Assembly (NCBI RefSeq): GCF_000341395.1
Contig: NC_020304.1
Location: 1,290,001 to 1,322,000 of the forward strand
Length of the DNA: 32,000 nt
Reading direction: 5' to 3'
Origin: Desulfocapsa sulfexigens DSM 10523
Lineage (GTDB): Bacteria > Desulfobacterota > Desulfobulbia > Desulfobulbales > Desulfocapsaceae
The notes under the pieces were generated by a model. The model worked only from the letters and a program-made list of their open reading frames with translations, was not told the origin of the DNA and made no database searches. Positions 19,961 through 29,294 of the stretch are shown here, one piece after another. How positions within the stretch are numbered: position 1 is the first letter of the stretch; each line of letters opens with the position of its first letter. The position numbers were made by a program, and so were the translations under genes.

Positions 19961-20063
19961 AATATCGCTCTCATACTGAATATTCTCTTGTATTGCATGG
20001 ATAAAATGAGCTATCGTAATGATACGTTGTGGTGGTTCGGTTAATCCTTGAAAGGAGAGAGAA

Positions 20064-20480
20064 ATGCGGTATTTAACTATTGTTTCGCTGTTAGCGCTCT
20101 GTTTTATGCTCTATGTTGTTCCGTCCGTTGAGGCAAGGCCAGGTAAACGATTTGATGAAAGCACCAAGATGTGTCGTATTTTGAATGACGGTGGGCAACT
20201 GGATTGGGAAAGTGATCACTGGGGGATTGGTGCTGCAAAATTTAAGGAAGTGTGCAAGAGTTGTCACACCCGGGATAATGACAAGGGTGCGCCATTTCTG
20301 TATATGGAATCATATGGCTCAAAGGGATGGAACAATGTTTTTTCCCAGCGTCGAAAAAAATGTGCGCGTGACGGCTCATGGGATGTTTTAAGTGCAGCAG
20401 AACTGCAGTTGGTAAATGACTACCTGTATCGGAACGCTAATAATACCTACGACCCGAACGATGCTGATAGCTGCGGTTGA
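20064..20480 (+). CDS. Small secreted monoheme c-type cytochrome
   Basis: Signal peptide MRYLTIVSLLALCFMLYVVPSVEA; single CKSCH heme motif; C-terminal helix DVLSAAELQLVNDYLYRNAN. Strong RBS (aaaggagag). Confidence 0.82.
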   Translation: MRYLTIVSLLALCFMLYVVPSVEARPGKRFDESTKMCRILNDGGQLDWESDHWGIGAAKFKEVCKSCHTRDNDKGAPFLYMESYGSKGWNNVFSQRRKKCARDGSWDVLSAAELQLVNDYLYRNANNTYDPNDADSCG

Positions 20481-20522
20481 TGATACGTGAATCTCCCGGT
20501 CGGGAGAAGAGTTTGTCTTATG

Positions 20523-20564
20523 AAAAATCTTTGGTCGAGGATTACCTGACCAAAGATTTTTTTT
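20523..20564 (+). terminator. Rho-independent terminator of the cytochrome c gene, shared convergent region with hemC
   Basis: AAAAATCTTTGGTC - 11 nt loop - GACCAAAGATTTTT (14 bp perfect stem), T run continues on the plus strand. Confidence 0.9.
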
Positions 20565-20566
20565 GT

Positions 20567-21499
20567 TTACCCCTGGATGTGTTTTATATCGGCAAGAATT
20601 TTCCTGCCACCATGATCAAGAATATAGTTTCCTAAGCGTTCACCAATTGCCTCCGCCTGTTCCCTGGGACCTTGCTCAGTTTTGACAAGGACTGTCCTGC
20701 CGTCAAGACTTGCCAGACCACCGCGCAGTATAAGCTCATTTCCATCAAGTACTGCAAGGCCGAATGCGGGAATTGAACAGCCACCTTCCATTGTTCGCAG
20801 GTATGCCCGTTCTGCAAGAAGACAGGATTCAGAATCGGGGTTGTTCAGGCAAGCTCGGATTTTTTGACGTTTTTCAGGATTAATGGTTGTTGCTGACTCG
20901 ATGGCAATACAGCCCTGTCCAACCGGGGGGATAAACTTGTCAACTGAAAATATCTTCACTATCAGATCTTCATATTCCATACGCTTGACACCAGCATAGG
21001 CAAGCATAAGTGCATCACAAGCCCCTGCGTCCATTTTTTTTATTCTGGTTTGCAGATTTCCACGCATTTCCACGGTTTCAATATGGGGATAAAAATGTTT
21101 GAGCAGGGCAATCCGGCGAACAGATGAAGTACCTATTCGGATGGTGCCAGCAGTATCGTTTAGATCAATATCTTTGTTACGAGAAACCAGGACATCGTTA
21201 GATTGCTCTCGGTCAGTAAATGCTATCAGTTCAAAATTTTCAGGGAGTATGGATTGCATATCCTTGGCACTGTGGACGGCAATATCAGTAACTCCACTTC
21301 TCAACTGGTCTTCAAGTTCTTCGGTGAAAACGCCTTTGCTGCCAATTTTTGCAATGGATACATCGAGGATCTTATCTCCCTTGGTCTCCATGGAACTGAT
21401 ATTTGTTTTCAAACCACTGTCTTGAAGCATTCCGGCAACAGTGTCTGTCTGCCACATTGCAAGTTTACTTTTTCGTGATCCTATATTTATTGTAGTCAT
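20567..21499 (-). CDS. hemC: Hydroxymethylbilane synthase (porphobilinogen deaminase)
   Basis: MTTINIGSRKSKLAMWQT; TKGDKILDVSIAKIGSKGVFTEELE; DIAVHSAKDMQ; PPVGQGCIAIE; GGCSIPAFGLA. Start moved in from the 21616 ORF start. Confidence 0.96.
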   Translation of the reverse strand: MTTINIGSRKSKLAMWQTDTVAGMLQDSGLKTNISSMETKGDKILDVSIAKIGSKGVFTEELEDQLRSGVTDIAVHSAKDMQSILPENFELIAFTDREQSNDVLVSRNKDIDLNDTAGTIRIGTSSVRRIALLKHFYPHIETVEMRGNLQTRIKKMDAGACDALMLAYAGVKRMEYEDLIVKIFSVDKFIPPVGQGCIAIESATTINPEKRQKIRACLNNPDSESCLLAERAYLRTMEGGCSIPAFGLAVLDGNELILRGGLASLDGRTVLVKTEQGPREQAEAIGERLGNYILDHGGRKILADIKHIQG

Positions 21500-21621
21500 G
21501 GTACCTGTCCTGTTTTTATGTAAGTTGCAAACCTGCTCAGAAATAGCCACTACCTTACCATACTGAATAAAGAGAAAAAAGCTATGATTGCAAACTGTTT
21601 TTAAAACCGCTATCATTCCTT

Positions 21622-22365
21622 ATGCGTTTCTTACTCTACAATATACGATATGCAACCGGGCATGGATACGGATACCACTTACCGTTACCATTTGCTGGAT
21701 TTTTCAAAAAGACCAACGTTAATCTTGGAGAGATTGTCACATTTATTCGTTCCGTTGCTCCAGACGTCATCGCCCTGGTTGAGGTCGATTCCGGTTCCTA
21801 TCGGTCACACAAGTCCTGTCAGGTTCGGTCCATCGCCCGGGCACTTGATCATTTCCATGTGGTGGAAACGAAATACGGTGGCGGTTCCCTTGCCAATAAG
21901 GTTCCGGTGCTCAATAAGCAGGGGAACGGGTTGCTCACAAACCAGAAAATTATTAAACATCATTTTCATTATTTTAAAGAAGGAGTGAAACGTCTGGTTA
22001 TTGAGGTAGAATTGGAGGAAGTTGTCGTTTTTACGGTCCATCTCTCCCTGAAATATAGACACAGGCAGCAGCAGTTGGAACATTTACACCGTATTATTGC
22101 ACAATGCGTAAAGCCGGTTATTGTCGCTGGAGATTTTAACACCTTTGGCGGTGATCGTGAGGTACAGCTTTTTCTGGCTGCCACTGGCCTTGAAAATGCC
22201 AATCTCACAGGGGTACCTTCACATCCCAGTCATGCTCCGAAGCGTAACCTCGATTTTATCCTTCATAGTCCTGAAATAATAGCTTCAAATTTTTCAATCC
22301 CGGATATACGACTCTCTGATCATGCGCCCTTAATCTGCGATTTCAGCTTCCCCGGCGACCATTGA
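21622..22365 (+). CDS. Endonuclease/exonuclease/phosphatase family protein
   Basis: MRFLLYNIRYATG, DVIALVEVDSGS, VIVAGDFNTFGGDREVQ, RNLDFILHS, RLSDHAPLICDF. Confidence 0.9.
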   Translation: MRFLLYNIRYATGHGYGYHLPLPFAGFFKKTNVNLGEIVTFIRSVAPDVIALVEVDSGSYRSHKSCQVRSIARALDHFHVVETKYGGGSLANKVPVLNKQGNGLLTNQKIIKHHFHYFKEGVKRLVIEVELEEVVVFTVHLSLKYRHRQQQLEHLHRIIAQCVKPVIVAGDFNTFGGDREVQLFLAATGLENANLTGVPSHPSHAPKRNLDFILHSPEIIASNFSIPDIRLSDHAPLICDFSFPGDH

Positions 22366-23745
22366 GGGTGCTAATGGAAGACATACCTCAAAACAGGAGC
22401 CTTCCCTGATTGCGCTCCTAACCGTCACTTTTCCCCCATGGGCCTCTACCACTGCTTTGACATAATTTAATCCCAGGCCCAGACCCTGCCTGGTTCGACT
22501 GCGATCTCCACGGTATAGACGATCCCATATGCGTCTGCTTTCACTTTCAGAAATTCCCATACCATCGTCACAAAATTGGACAACGGCGTTTGCGCCTACT
22601 CTTTTGGCATTGATTGCAACGCTCCCGGATTCGTGTCCATACTTGATCGCGTTGTCGAGAAGGTTGGCCCAAACCTGACTGATGCGTGTTCTGTCGGCGA
22701 AAATAAAAATATTTCTATCACTGCTGGTACAGGAAACGGTGATCTGCTCCTCCTCTGCCACGTATTGATAGAGCCCCATAACATCATCAAGCATTTCCAT
22801 GAGATTGATTTTCTGAGGAAAGAGACGTATGGTGCCGGCCTCGGCTTCTGCCACACTCATCATAATTTTGAGCATAGAGAGGACTCTTTCTGATTCTTCG
22901 AGGCAATCAGAGAGGGCACTGCGGTAGCGTTTCGGGTCATCTTTATCAGATTGTAGCGCATATTCAGCAACGGCTCGCAGTCTTGTCATGGGAGTTCTCA
23001 AGTCATGAGCCACATTATCAAGTGAGGATTGCATTTCGGTTATAAGCTGTCGATTTTGGGAAAAGGTCTGTTCGAGGAGGTAATATGTGCTTCTGAGATC
23101 CTGGGGATGATGCGTGTTTCTCAAGAGAGATCCATCCTTTTGCTTTAGAGCATGTTTGATGTCTGTGTTCAGTCTTTTTAAAGGTTTTAACATTAGAGCT
23201 CTAAAGATGAAAGCCAGGAGGAGAGAAGGGAAGGCAGCGAGAAGAACTAACAGATATGAGGTAGACACGCTCTGCCTATAGACGACCAGTCCCGTGTTTT
23301 TGTCATTTTTGGCAGCTTGAACCATACTCCCATCTGGAAGTCTTTTGGAAACCAGAATCCAATCACCGGTTTTTTCTGGATGGTAGATGTCAACCCATGC
23401 TCCTTCGGCCAGTGGATCGAGATCCACGAATCCATTGAAGGCAACAGAATTATTTGCAGTGATAAAGACTTGATCCTCACCTCTGGTAATATGAAGATAA
23501 TCTATAGTGTCTGGGAGATTGCCATGAAGGTTGTGTGGCAAATGTAACGAAGAACCTTTTTGGTTGAGGTAGAGGTCAAGCGCAGAACGAATATCAGTTA
23601 TTCGTTGCCGTTGTATGTTGTTTTTAAGAATAAGATTGTAAAAACCAAAACAGATTGCGACAAAAAGCCACAGGATGATAAAAAACAGTAGTATTATCAG
23701 TCTGTTAGAGTGTGAAATTCCACAGCTACTCGTCACGAAGGACAT
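22330..23745 (-). CDS. Two-component sensor histidine kinase (HAMP-HisKA-HATPase)
   Basis: Two TM segments; VAHDLRTPMTRLRAVAEYAL (H box), LLDNAIKYGHESG (N box), FCDDGMGI (G1), GQGLGLNYVKAVVEAHGG. Confidence 0.95.
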   Translation of the reverse strand: MSFVTSSCGISHSNRLIILLFFIILWLFVAICFGFYNLILKNNIQRQRITDIRSALDLYLNQKGSSLHLPHNLHGNLPDTIDYLHITRGEDQVFITANNSVAFNGFVDLDPLAEGAWVDIYHPEKTGDWILVSKRLPDGSMVQAAKNDKNTGLVVYRQSVSTSYLLVLLAAFPSLLLAFIFRALMLKPLKRLNTDIKHALKQKDGSLLRNTHHPQDLRSTYYLLEQTFSQNRQLITEMQSSLDNVAHDLRTPMTRLRAVAEYALQSDKDDPKRYRSALSDCLEESERVLSMLKIMMSVAEAEAGTIRLFPQKINLMEMLDDVMGLYQYVAEEEQITVSCTSSDRNIFIFADRTRISQVWANLLDNAIKYGHESGSVAINAKRVGANAVVQFCDDGMGISESESRRIWDRLYRGDRSRTRQGLGLGLNYVKAVVEAHGGKVTVRSAIREGSCFEVCLPLAPSMVAGEAEIAD

Positions 23746-24400
23746 AGCCCATACCTCGTACTGTATGTATGCATTTTTTTGTGTGATTTTTGTCTATGCT
23801 GTTACGCAGGCGACAGACAAGGACATCAATAACATTGGTTTGAGGATCGAAACTATAGTCGTAAATATGTTCAAGGATAGAAGTTTTAGATAGAACACGC
23901 CCTGGATTGCGCATCATCAGCTCAAGTAGTGCATATTCTTTAGCAGGGAGTTCGATTTTAGTGTTTTTGCGTTTGACTTCACGTTTAAGAGGGTCGAGTT
24001 GCAGCTCTCCAACGGTAATTATACCAGATTCAACATTTTTCTGGCCTCTACGCAGCAATGCATGGATACGGGCAAGTAACTCGTTAAAGGAAAAGGGTTT
24101 GATCATATAGTCATCCCCTCCACGCTGCAGCCCTTCAATGCGGTCATCCACAGATTGTCTGGCGCTGAGGATAAGAACCGGTGTTTCAATTCCCTTATTT
24201 CTTAGTTCTTCAATAAGGCTGAGTCCGTCAAGGCCTGGCAGCATGATATCGATGACTGCCGCTCCATAAGGCTCTGTCAGGGCGAGCGAGAGGCCATCTG
24301 TTCCGGTATGGCATATATCCACACTGAAGCCTGCCTCCTGAAGCCCTTTCTGAAGGAAGGATGCTATTTTTTTGTCATCTTCAACTACTAGGAGGCGCAT
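23726..24400 (-). CDS. OmpR/PhoB-family response regulator
   Basis: MRLLVVEDDKKIASFLQKGLQ, AVIDIMLPGLDGLSLIEELR, VLILSAR, YMIKPFSFNELLARI, winged helix VLVCRLRNSIDKNHTKKCIHTVRGMGYVL. 20 bp overlap with the kinase gene. Confidence 0.96.
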   Translation of the reverse strand: MRLLVVEDDKKIASFLQKGLQEAGFSVDICHTGTDGLSLALTEPYGAAVIDIMLPGLDGLSLIEELRNKGIETPVLILSARQSVDDRIEGLQRGGDDYMIKPFSFNELLARIHALLRRGQKNVESGIITVGELQLDPLKREVKRKNTKIELPAKEYALLELMMRNPGRVLSKTSILEHIYDYSFDPQTNVIDVLVCRLRNSIDKNHTKKCIHTVRGMGYVLRDE

Positions 24401-24425
24401 AATGAAGTTTGCCGGGAGCAAGTTT

Positions 24426-25157
24426 TTATCGAAGGCAAATCACAGTGGCACAGCGACCGGTTTGGCCATTGCCATTGCGACGGGCACGGCGATAGGAAAA
24501 ATAATTCGCTGAACATGAGGTGCACTGACCAGCTATTTCGATATTGTGTTCATGCAGGCCGGAAGCACTAAGTTGCATTTTGGAAATTTGCCAGAAGTCA
24601 AAATAATTCTTTTTTATCTGGAAGGCAAGGAAGGAGGGGGGGAGTTCGGTTGTGTGGTTTATAAATTCAGCGCAGCAGGGACCAAGGGCGGGGCTGATGT
24701 ATGCCAGAAGATCGGCTGGAGAGGTTCCGTAGTGCTCCTGCATTGCCAGGACGGTTTTGGCCGTAATATTTAAGACACTGCCTTTCCAGCCATTATGAAT
24801 GGCAGCAATAGCAGAGTGGGTCGGATCAAAGAGTGTTATCGCCTGACAATCTGCCTGTTGTATCATAAGACCGATTCCTGGGATATTTGTCATCAATGCA
24901 TCATAGCCTTCAACTTCGACATCATCATATAAGGGAGTGTCTCCAGGGAAGATCATATCTCCGTGAATCTGCGTGGCAGAGAGAATATAAGGTATGGAGA
25001 GTTCCTTCTTGAGGCTCTTGCGATTGTCTGCAACAGAGAGAGGATCGTCACCAACACTATAGCTGATATTACTGGAATGGAATGGAGGGAAACTGACACC
25101 ATTGTGTCGATCGGTGCTGGCTATAACGACTGTGTTACCTGCTTCCTGGATAATCAT
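24426..25157 (-). CDS. Laccase-domain / YfiH-like protein (PgeF-type, polyphenol oxidase family)
   Basis: QIHGDMIFPGDTP, DALMTNIPGIGLMIQQADCQAITLFDPTHSAIAAIHNGWKGSVLNI, ISPALGPCCAEF. Confidence 0.9.
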   Translation of the reverse strand: MIIQEAGNTVVIASTDRHNGVSFPPFHSSNISYSVGDDPLSVADNRKSLKKELSIPYILSATQIHGDMIFPGDTPLYDDVEVEGYDALMTNIPGIGLMIQQADCQAITLFDPTHSAIAAIHNGWKGSVLNITAKTVLAMQEHYGTSPADLLAYISPALGPCCAEFINHTTELPPSFLAFQIKKNYFDFWQISKMQLSASGLHEHNIEIAGQCTSCSANYFSYRRARRNGNGQTGRCATVICLR

Positions 25158-25174
25158 AAACAGTCACCGTGAAA

Positions 25175-25216
25175 CAAATAAAAAAAAGGGGAAGACTCCA
25201 TATGGAATCTTCCCCC
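25175..25216 (-). terminator. Rho-independent terminator of the porin-like gene (minus strand)
   Basis: Plus strand reads A-run, then GGGGAAGA-C-TCCATATGGA-A-TCTTCCCC (25188-25215), a nearly perfect palindrome. On the minus strand the stem is followed by a T tract. Confidence 0.92.
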
Positions 25217-25249
25217 TTGGTTTACTGCGGATAATACGGGTAGAACGAC

Positions 25250-26788
25250 CTAGAAGTAGGCTTCGAAGGTCAGGTAAATCTGGTCAGCGGACTCAACAGG
25301 ATCAAGTCCCATCATTCCCAGTGCCATTACATCAGCAGCATCATCCAGGTCATATGGTTTCATGTTCCAATCCATTGAACCGGAGTAGTCATACTCGTAA
25401 CGCTGGTAACCAAAACGGATAAATGTCTTGGCGTACTTGGAGATAGCCTCTCCGGTGGGGAGATCGTAAATGCCATAAATTTCATAGACATTACCACGGG
25501 CTGCAAGTTTAGACTGATACAGATCGTCATGACCACCGGTCATAGCAATCCAGTGCTCAGAACCCCAGTTCCATTCAAGACCAAGTTTCAGACCAATTTC
25601 ATCGATGTCATAACGAGCACCAACGAAAGTTGAATAACCATTTTCGCTCTCGGTATTAGGACCGGTCATACCCATCATCATACCAACATAGTCATTAAAC
25701 ATTCCGCTTGAGTCAGGATCGGTCTGGGACCATCCTGCAGCAGCGAAGATGTTTACAGGACCGAATTTATCCTGGTAGACACCTGTGGTGTGAAGAATGT
25801 TACCAACATTAACACGGGGGCCAAAACCACCCTGATCCTGTGGGAGACCTGCCATCTGGTCGATGACTGGATCCTGGAACTGAGGATAGTTGAAGACGTT
25901 CATTGCGAGGAAAGACTGGAGGTTGATGAAACGATTTCCCTTTTTCATAACATCCCAGCTAAATCCGGCAAAGTCCATGTCGTCCATAACGTTTGCTGTA
26001 TCTAACTCGATTCCATCTTCAAATCCACGTCCATAACAGAAGCGGATACGACCTGTTCCCATGGCTTCAGAACCCCAGCGATAGGCGTAGCCCATTGAGA
26101 TTCCGTCAAATGGCCAGTCCATATAGGACACAGGGGTAGCCATGCGCTCATCGGCACCCATACGAACCTGTGCAGGGGGACCATCAGTGGTAGGACGACG
26201 ACCGATGGAGAACCAGATGGGTACTCCGCCGATGTTGTTCCAGTTAACGAATGCCCGGTCAACACGGAGGGCATTGTCTGAAGGAGTTCGGGTAGAGTTG
26301 CCATCCCAGTTGGGGAAAATCTGGCCGTTACCGTTGGAACCAGAGCCGTAAATGTTACCTTGAGAACCCCAGGCTTTGTACATGGCAAGGCGTGCTTTAA
26401 ACTCTACGTTTTCTGTGGCTTTAACGCGCATGTTGAGACGAAAACGATTTGTCCAGGAAGTATCATTACTGACATCTGCTCCAGATGCATTTGTCGCAGT
26501 GTAGTAATCCAGGCGAGAGCGGAAGTCGCCGTAGAATTTAATGCGGGCAGCGAGATCCCAAGACTCAGAACGATCCTCAAGATCACCAACGGTGCCAGCC
26601 AGATCATCAAAATCATCCTGACTTACGCCATTACCTTCTGCCATCTGAGCTTTCAGTTGGTCTAACTGCATGCTCAACTCTTCGATTTTTCGTTCCAGAT
26701 CATTGGCTTTTGCTCCACCACTTGCAGAAGCTACTGCAGGGAGTGCGATAAGACCAGCAAGAGCCAACATGGAAAATTTTTTCACCAT
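25250..26788 (-). CDS. DUF3373-like outer-membrane beta-barrel (porin-like) protein
   Basis: Signal peptide (LALAGLIALPAVASA), short N-terminal coiled coil (LERKIEELSMQLDQLKAQM), then aromatic-rich alternating strands ending in YLTFEAYF. Confidence 0.82.
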   Translation of the reverse strand: MVKKFSMLALAGLIALPAVASASGGAKANDLERKIEELSMQLDQLKAQMAEGNGVSQDDFDDLAGTVGDLEDRSESWDLAARIKFYGDFRSRLDYYTATNASGADVSNDTSWTNRFRLNMRVKATENVEFKARLAMYKAWGSQGNIYGSGSNGNGQIFPNWDGNSTRTPSDNALRVDRAFVNWNNIGGVPIWFSIGRRPTTDGPPAQVRMGADERMATPVSYMDWPFDGISMGYAYRWGSEAMGTGRIRFCYGRGFEDGIELDTANVMDDMDFAGFSWDVMKKGNRFINLQSFLAMNVFNYPQFQDPVIDQMAGLPQDQGGFGPRVNVGNILHTTGVYQDKFGPVNIFAAAGWSQTDPDSSGMFNDYVGMMMGMTGPNTESENGYSTFVGARYDIDEIGLKLGLEWNWGSEHWIAMTGGHDDLYQSKLAARGNVYEIYGIYDLPTGEAISKYAKTFIRFGYQRYEYDYSGSMDWNMKPYDLDDAADVMALGMMGLDPVESADQIYLTFEAYF

Positions 26789-27118
26789 CTTGATATCTCC
26801 TTCCTCTTTAAATTGTTACGATCCGACCCTCCTGAAAAGCCAGACCCGATGTCTGATCTGTCGCTTGCAAAAAAAAAAAGCAAAAACAAATCAGACGTTC
26901 AGTTTCACATCGTCCTACATATTATTGTTATGATAGTTTCAATGTGTACAAATTTTTTTACTTCAATTTATTGTACTATCGTATTTTACCTTCGGTGTCA
27001 ACTAAATACACCTATTTTCTTGATAGTTCATAATATTTTTTTTATTTCTATCTGGTGTTGTAAGTATTGGTGCTGCAACATGTTGCATGGGGATGGGGTT
27101 TTCAGGAAAGCCATGCCA

Positions 27119-27619
27119 TCATAGGGCTTTGCTAAGTATTGTTTTTTTTACTCCATGCTGGATTGTGCTTCCGTGTACCGAGAAGTGAAAACAACGCTGA
27201 TACCAATCAGCCATTTGCCTGGTGACTAGCCAGATACCAGCGAGTTGATTCTGGTAAGTCCATTCCTCCCACCGTTCAACAATTTTCGAGGCAACACCCT
27301 GGTTTCTGAATTCAGGAAGGACCATAAGCCCGGTTACGGAGGCATAGTTCTTGAAGAGCTGAATTGTTGTTTTATCTGAGTTTTCAGGTGCTGGAGAGCT
27401 CTTGATTATAGTGCTAAATGCAATAAAAACGTTTTGGTACCTGGCAAGGAAAAGAGCACGATCAGGTTTGGTGGCGTAGCGTTGCATCTTGTCGAGAAAG
27501 ACATGAACGAAATCGGGATTCATGTCTCTTTTGAGATCAGAAAAAGCCCTGTCAACCTCACTCAAAGTTGCTAATATAATTTGGCAGGCTGGTTGGGATC
27601 CTGATGGATCAAAGTTCAT
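27119..27619 (-). CDS. GNAT-family N-acetyltransferase
   Basis: ASVTGLMVLPEFRNQGVASKIVERWEEWTYQNQLAGIWLVTRQMADWYQRCFHF acetyl-CoA-binding pattern. Confidence 0.75.
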   Translation of the reverse strand: MNFDPSGSQPACQIILATLSEVDRAFSDLKRDMNPDFVHVFLDKMQRYATKPDRALFLARYQNVFIAFSTIIKSSPAPENSDKTTIQLFKNYASVTGLMVLPEFRNQGVASKIVERWEEWTYQNQLAGIWLVTRQMADWYQRCFHFSVHGSTIQHGVKKTILSKAL

Positions 27620-28175
27620 CGAGGATAGCTGTTTTTTTTAGCACATATTCCTCTTCAGAAATAAGCTTCTGTTTACGGAGGAGATCCAGAATCTGGAGTC
27701 GCTGTTCAATGGATTTAGGTTTTGTTAGTGGGGGGGGAGAGGCTTCATTTGTGGTTTTTGTTTCACGTACCGGAAGTGCACGCAGGGATATTGATATTAC
27801 CTGTTCCATCCAGGCACACTTGCCTGCTTTGAAATTGCAAAATGCTCCTTTACTGTCATCTGTTTCGGAGGCCCATACCAGGCTGCTGGAAAGATTGATT
27901 ACTTCTCCGCTCGGCCCTATTTTGGATTTGATGAGTTCCTGGAGTTCAGCCGTTTTAGGCATACGCCAGTCATTAAAACCTCCCCCTTCATAAGCTTCGC
28001 AATACGCTACCGCTTCCTGGTGGGTCAGATTTTCTCTGTTATCAGTGGTTGCCCACATAAGATCTGTTGTTTTGTCCAGTGCTGTTTCAGTGTTTGTTGT
28101 AAACTGTTCAGTTTTGACTCCGTCTGCACACCCTGAAAGCAGTATGAAACAGAGGGTAACTAGCCATGTATGCAT
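27609..28175 (-). CDS. Lipoprotein with DUF1566 (Lcl C-terminal-like) domain and a short SHOCT-like C-terminal helix
   Basis: Lipobox LCFILLSGC; TALDKTTDLMWATTDNRENLTHQEAVAYCEAYEGGGFNDWRMPKTAELQELI; C-terminal EQRLQILDLLRKQKLISEEEYVLKKTAILDEL. Confidence 0.8.
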   Translation of the reverse strand: MHTWLVTLCFILLSGCADGVKTEQFTTNTETALDKTTDLMWATTDNRENLTHQEAVAYCEAYEGGGFNDWRMPKTAELQELIKSKIGPSGEVINLSSSLVWASETDDSKGAFCNFKAGKCAWMEQVISISLRALPVRETKTTNEASPPPLTKPKSIEQRLQILDLLRKQKLISEEEYVLKKTAILDEL

Positions 28176-28277
28176 TGAATTTCTCCCTGGAGTTAAAGGC
28201 CCAATAATAGACACGAGTGTAGTACAGAGACGTTTGCAATGCCAAGCAAATTTATATCAAGATAGAATAAAGCCGAA

Positions 28278-29294
28278 TTATGTCATATTACCAGTTTCGC
28301 CATCACTTTTTCGTATCCGCTTGAGTTGATCTTCAAGGTCGGCAATTTCCGTATGCCAGTATTCAGAAGAACCAAATTCTGGAAAAATAGGCGTTGCCCC
28401 ATCAGCAATAAATTGGTGGGTCAGCCAGGCGATATAGTGGAGAAAACGCATGGCACGAAGAGGCTCAACCAGACGCAGAGTACGTCTGTCAAAATGATGA
28501 AAGGTTTCATACCCTTCGAGGAAGAGATCGATTTCAAAAAGTGATTCCCGTGGGGTGCCAGGCAGCAGCATCCAGAGATCCTGAATAGCAGGTCCCATGA
28601 CCATATCATCAAAATCGATAAGAAAAAATGATTCTCCCGGGCGGTAGATGATGTTGGAAAAATGGCAATCCCCATGGATTCTTGCAAGTGCTACACCCTC
28701 AAACATCGGTTTTATCTCAGAGAGGATTTCGGTGCAAATTGCCGCAAATCTGGATGCCACTGGAGCCTGTTTGATGACGCCACTTTTCAGGATAAAGGCA
28801 ATCTGGTCCGTGGTCGATTGGCCTGGAAGCATAGTAATTCTATTATTTGCCGGATGAATAGCACCCACGGCATGACTGCGTCCTATGAGGCGACCTATTT
28901 CCAACCATTGATCTTCATTGAATTCATCATAACTGCGTCCGCCGCAGCGAGGAAAGACACTGAAGTAGAGATTTTCCTGGTGTACTCCCAGGGTTTCGCC
29001 ATTGCTCTGAATCAGCGGAGGAATTACAGGGATTTCCTGCTTATGGAGCTCAAGAAGAAAATCGTGTTCATCCTGAATAGCAGTCTTTGACCAGCGCCCG
29101 GGTCTGTAGAATTTTATTACCAGTCCTTTACCATCTACAGCTTGAAGTTCAAAAACACGGTTTATGTAGCTGTTGAGTTGCCTGCAGATATTGCTACAGC
29201 GGATATCAAGAGCACTTTCCACAAGGTTAAGTACCGTATCCGGGCCAAGTTCCGGGAATGAGTCAGGATGGGGGATGCTGTTAAGGGAAGGCAT
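28278..29294 (-). CDS. srkA: SrkA/YihE-like serine/threonine protein kinase (aminoglycoside phosphotransferase fold)
   Basis: SYINRVFELQAVDGKGLVIKFYRPGRWSKTAIQDEHDFLLEL; ARIHGDCHFSNIIYRPGESFFLIDFDDMVMGPAIQDLWMLL. Confidence 0.88.
   Translation of the reverse strand: MPSLNSIPHPDSFPELGPDTVLNLVESALDIRCSNICRQLNSYINRVFELQAVDGKGLVIKFYRPGRWSKTAIQDEHDFLLELHKQEIPVIPPLIQSNGETLGVHQENLYFSVFPRCGGRSYDEFNEDQWLEIGRLIGRSHAVGAIHPANNRITMLPGQSTTDQIAFILKSGVIKQAPVASRFAAICTEILSEIKPMFEGVALARIHGDCHFSNIIYRPGESFFLIDFDDMVMGPAIQDLWMLLPGTPRESLFEIDLFLEGYETFHHFDRRTLRLVEPLRAMRFLHYIAWLTHQFIADGATPIFPEFGSSEYWHTEIADLEDQLKRIRKSDGETGNMT

Noticed and set aside
26805-27110. A/T-rich intergenic stretch upstream of the porin-like gene (A-runs, CAGAC/GTCTG mini-hairpin), considered as an sRNA or terminator
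   Set aside because: The stem is only 5 bp and not positioned against the T/A run. No coding or known RNA motif is recognisable. Probably a promoter/5' UTR region.
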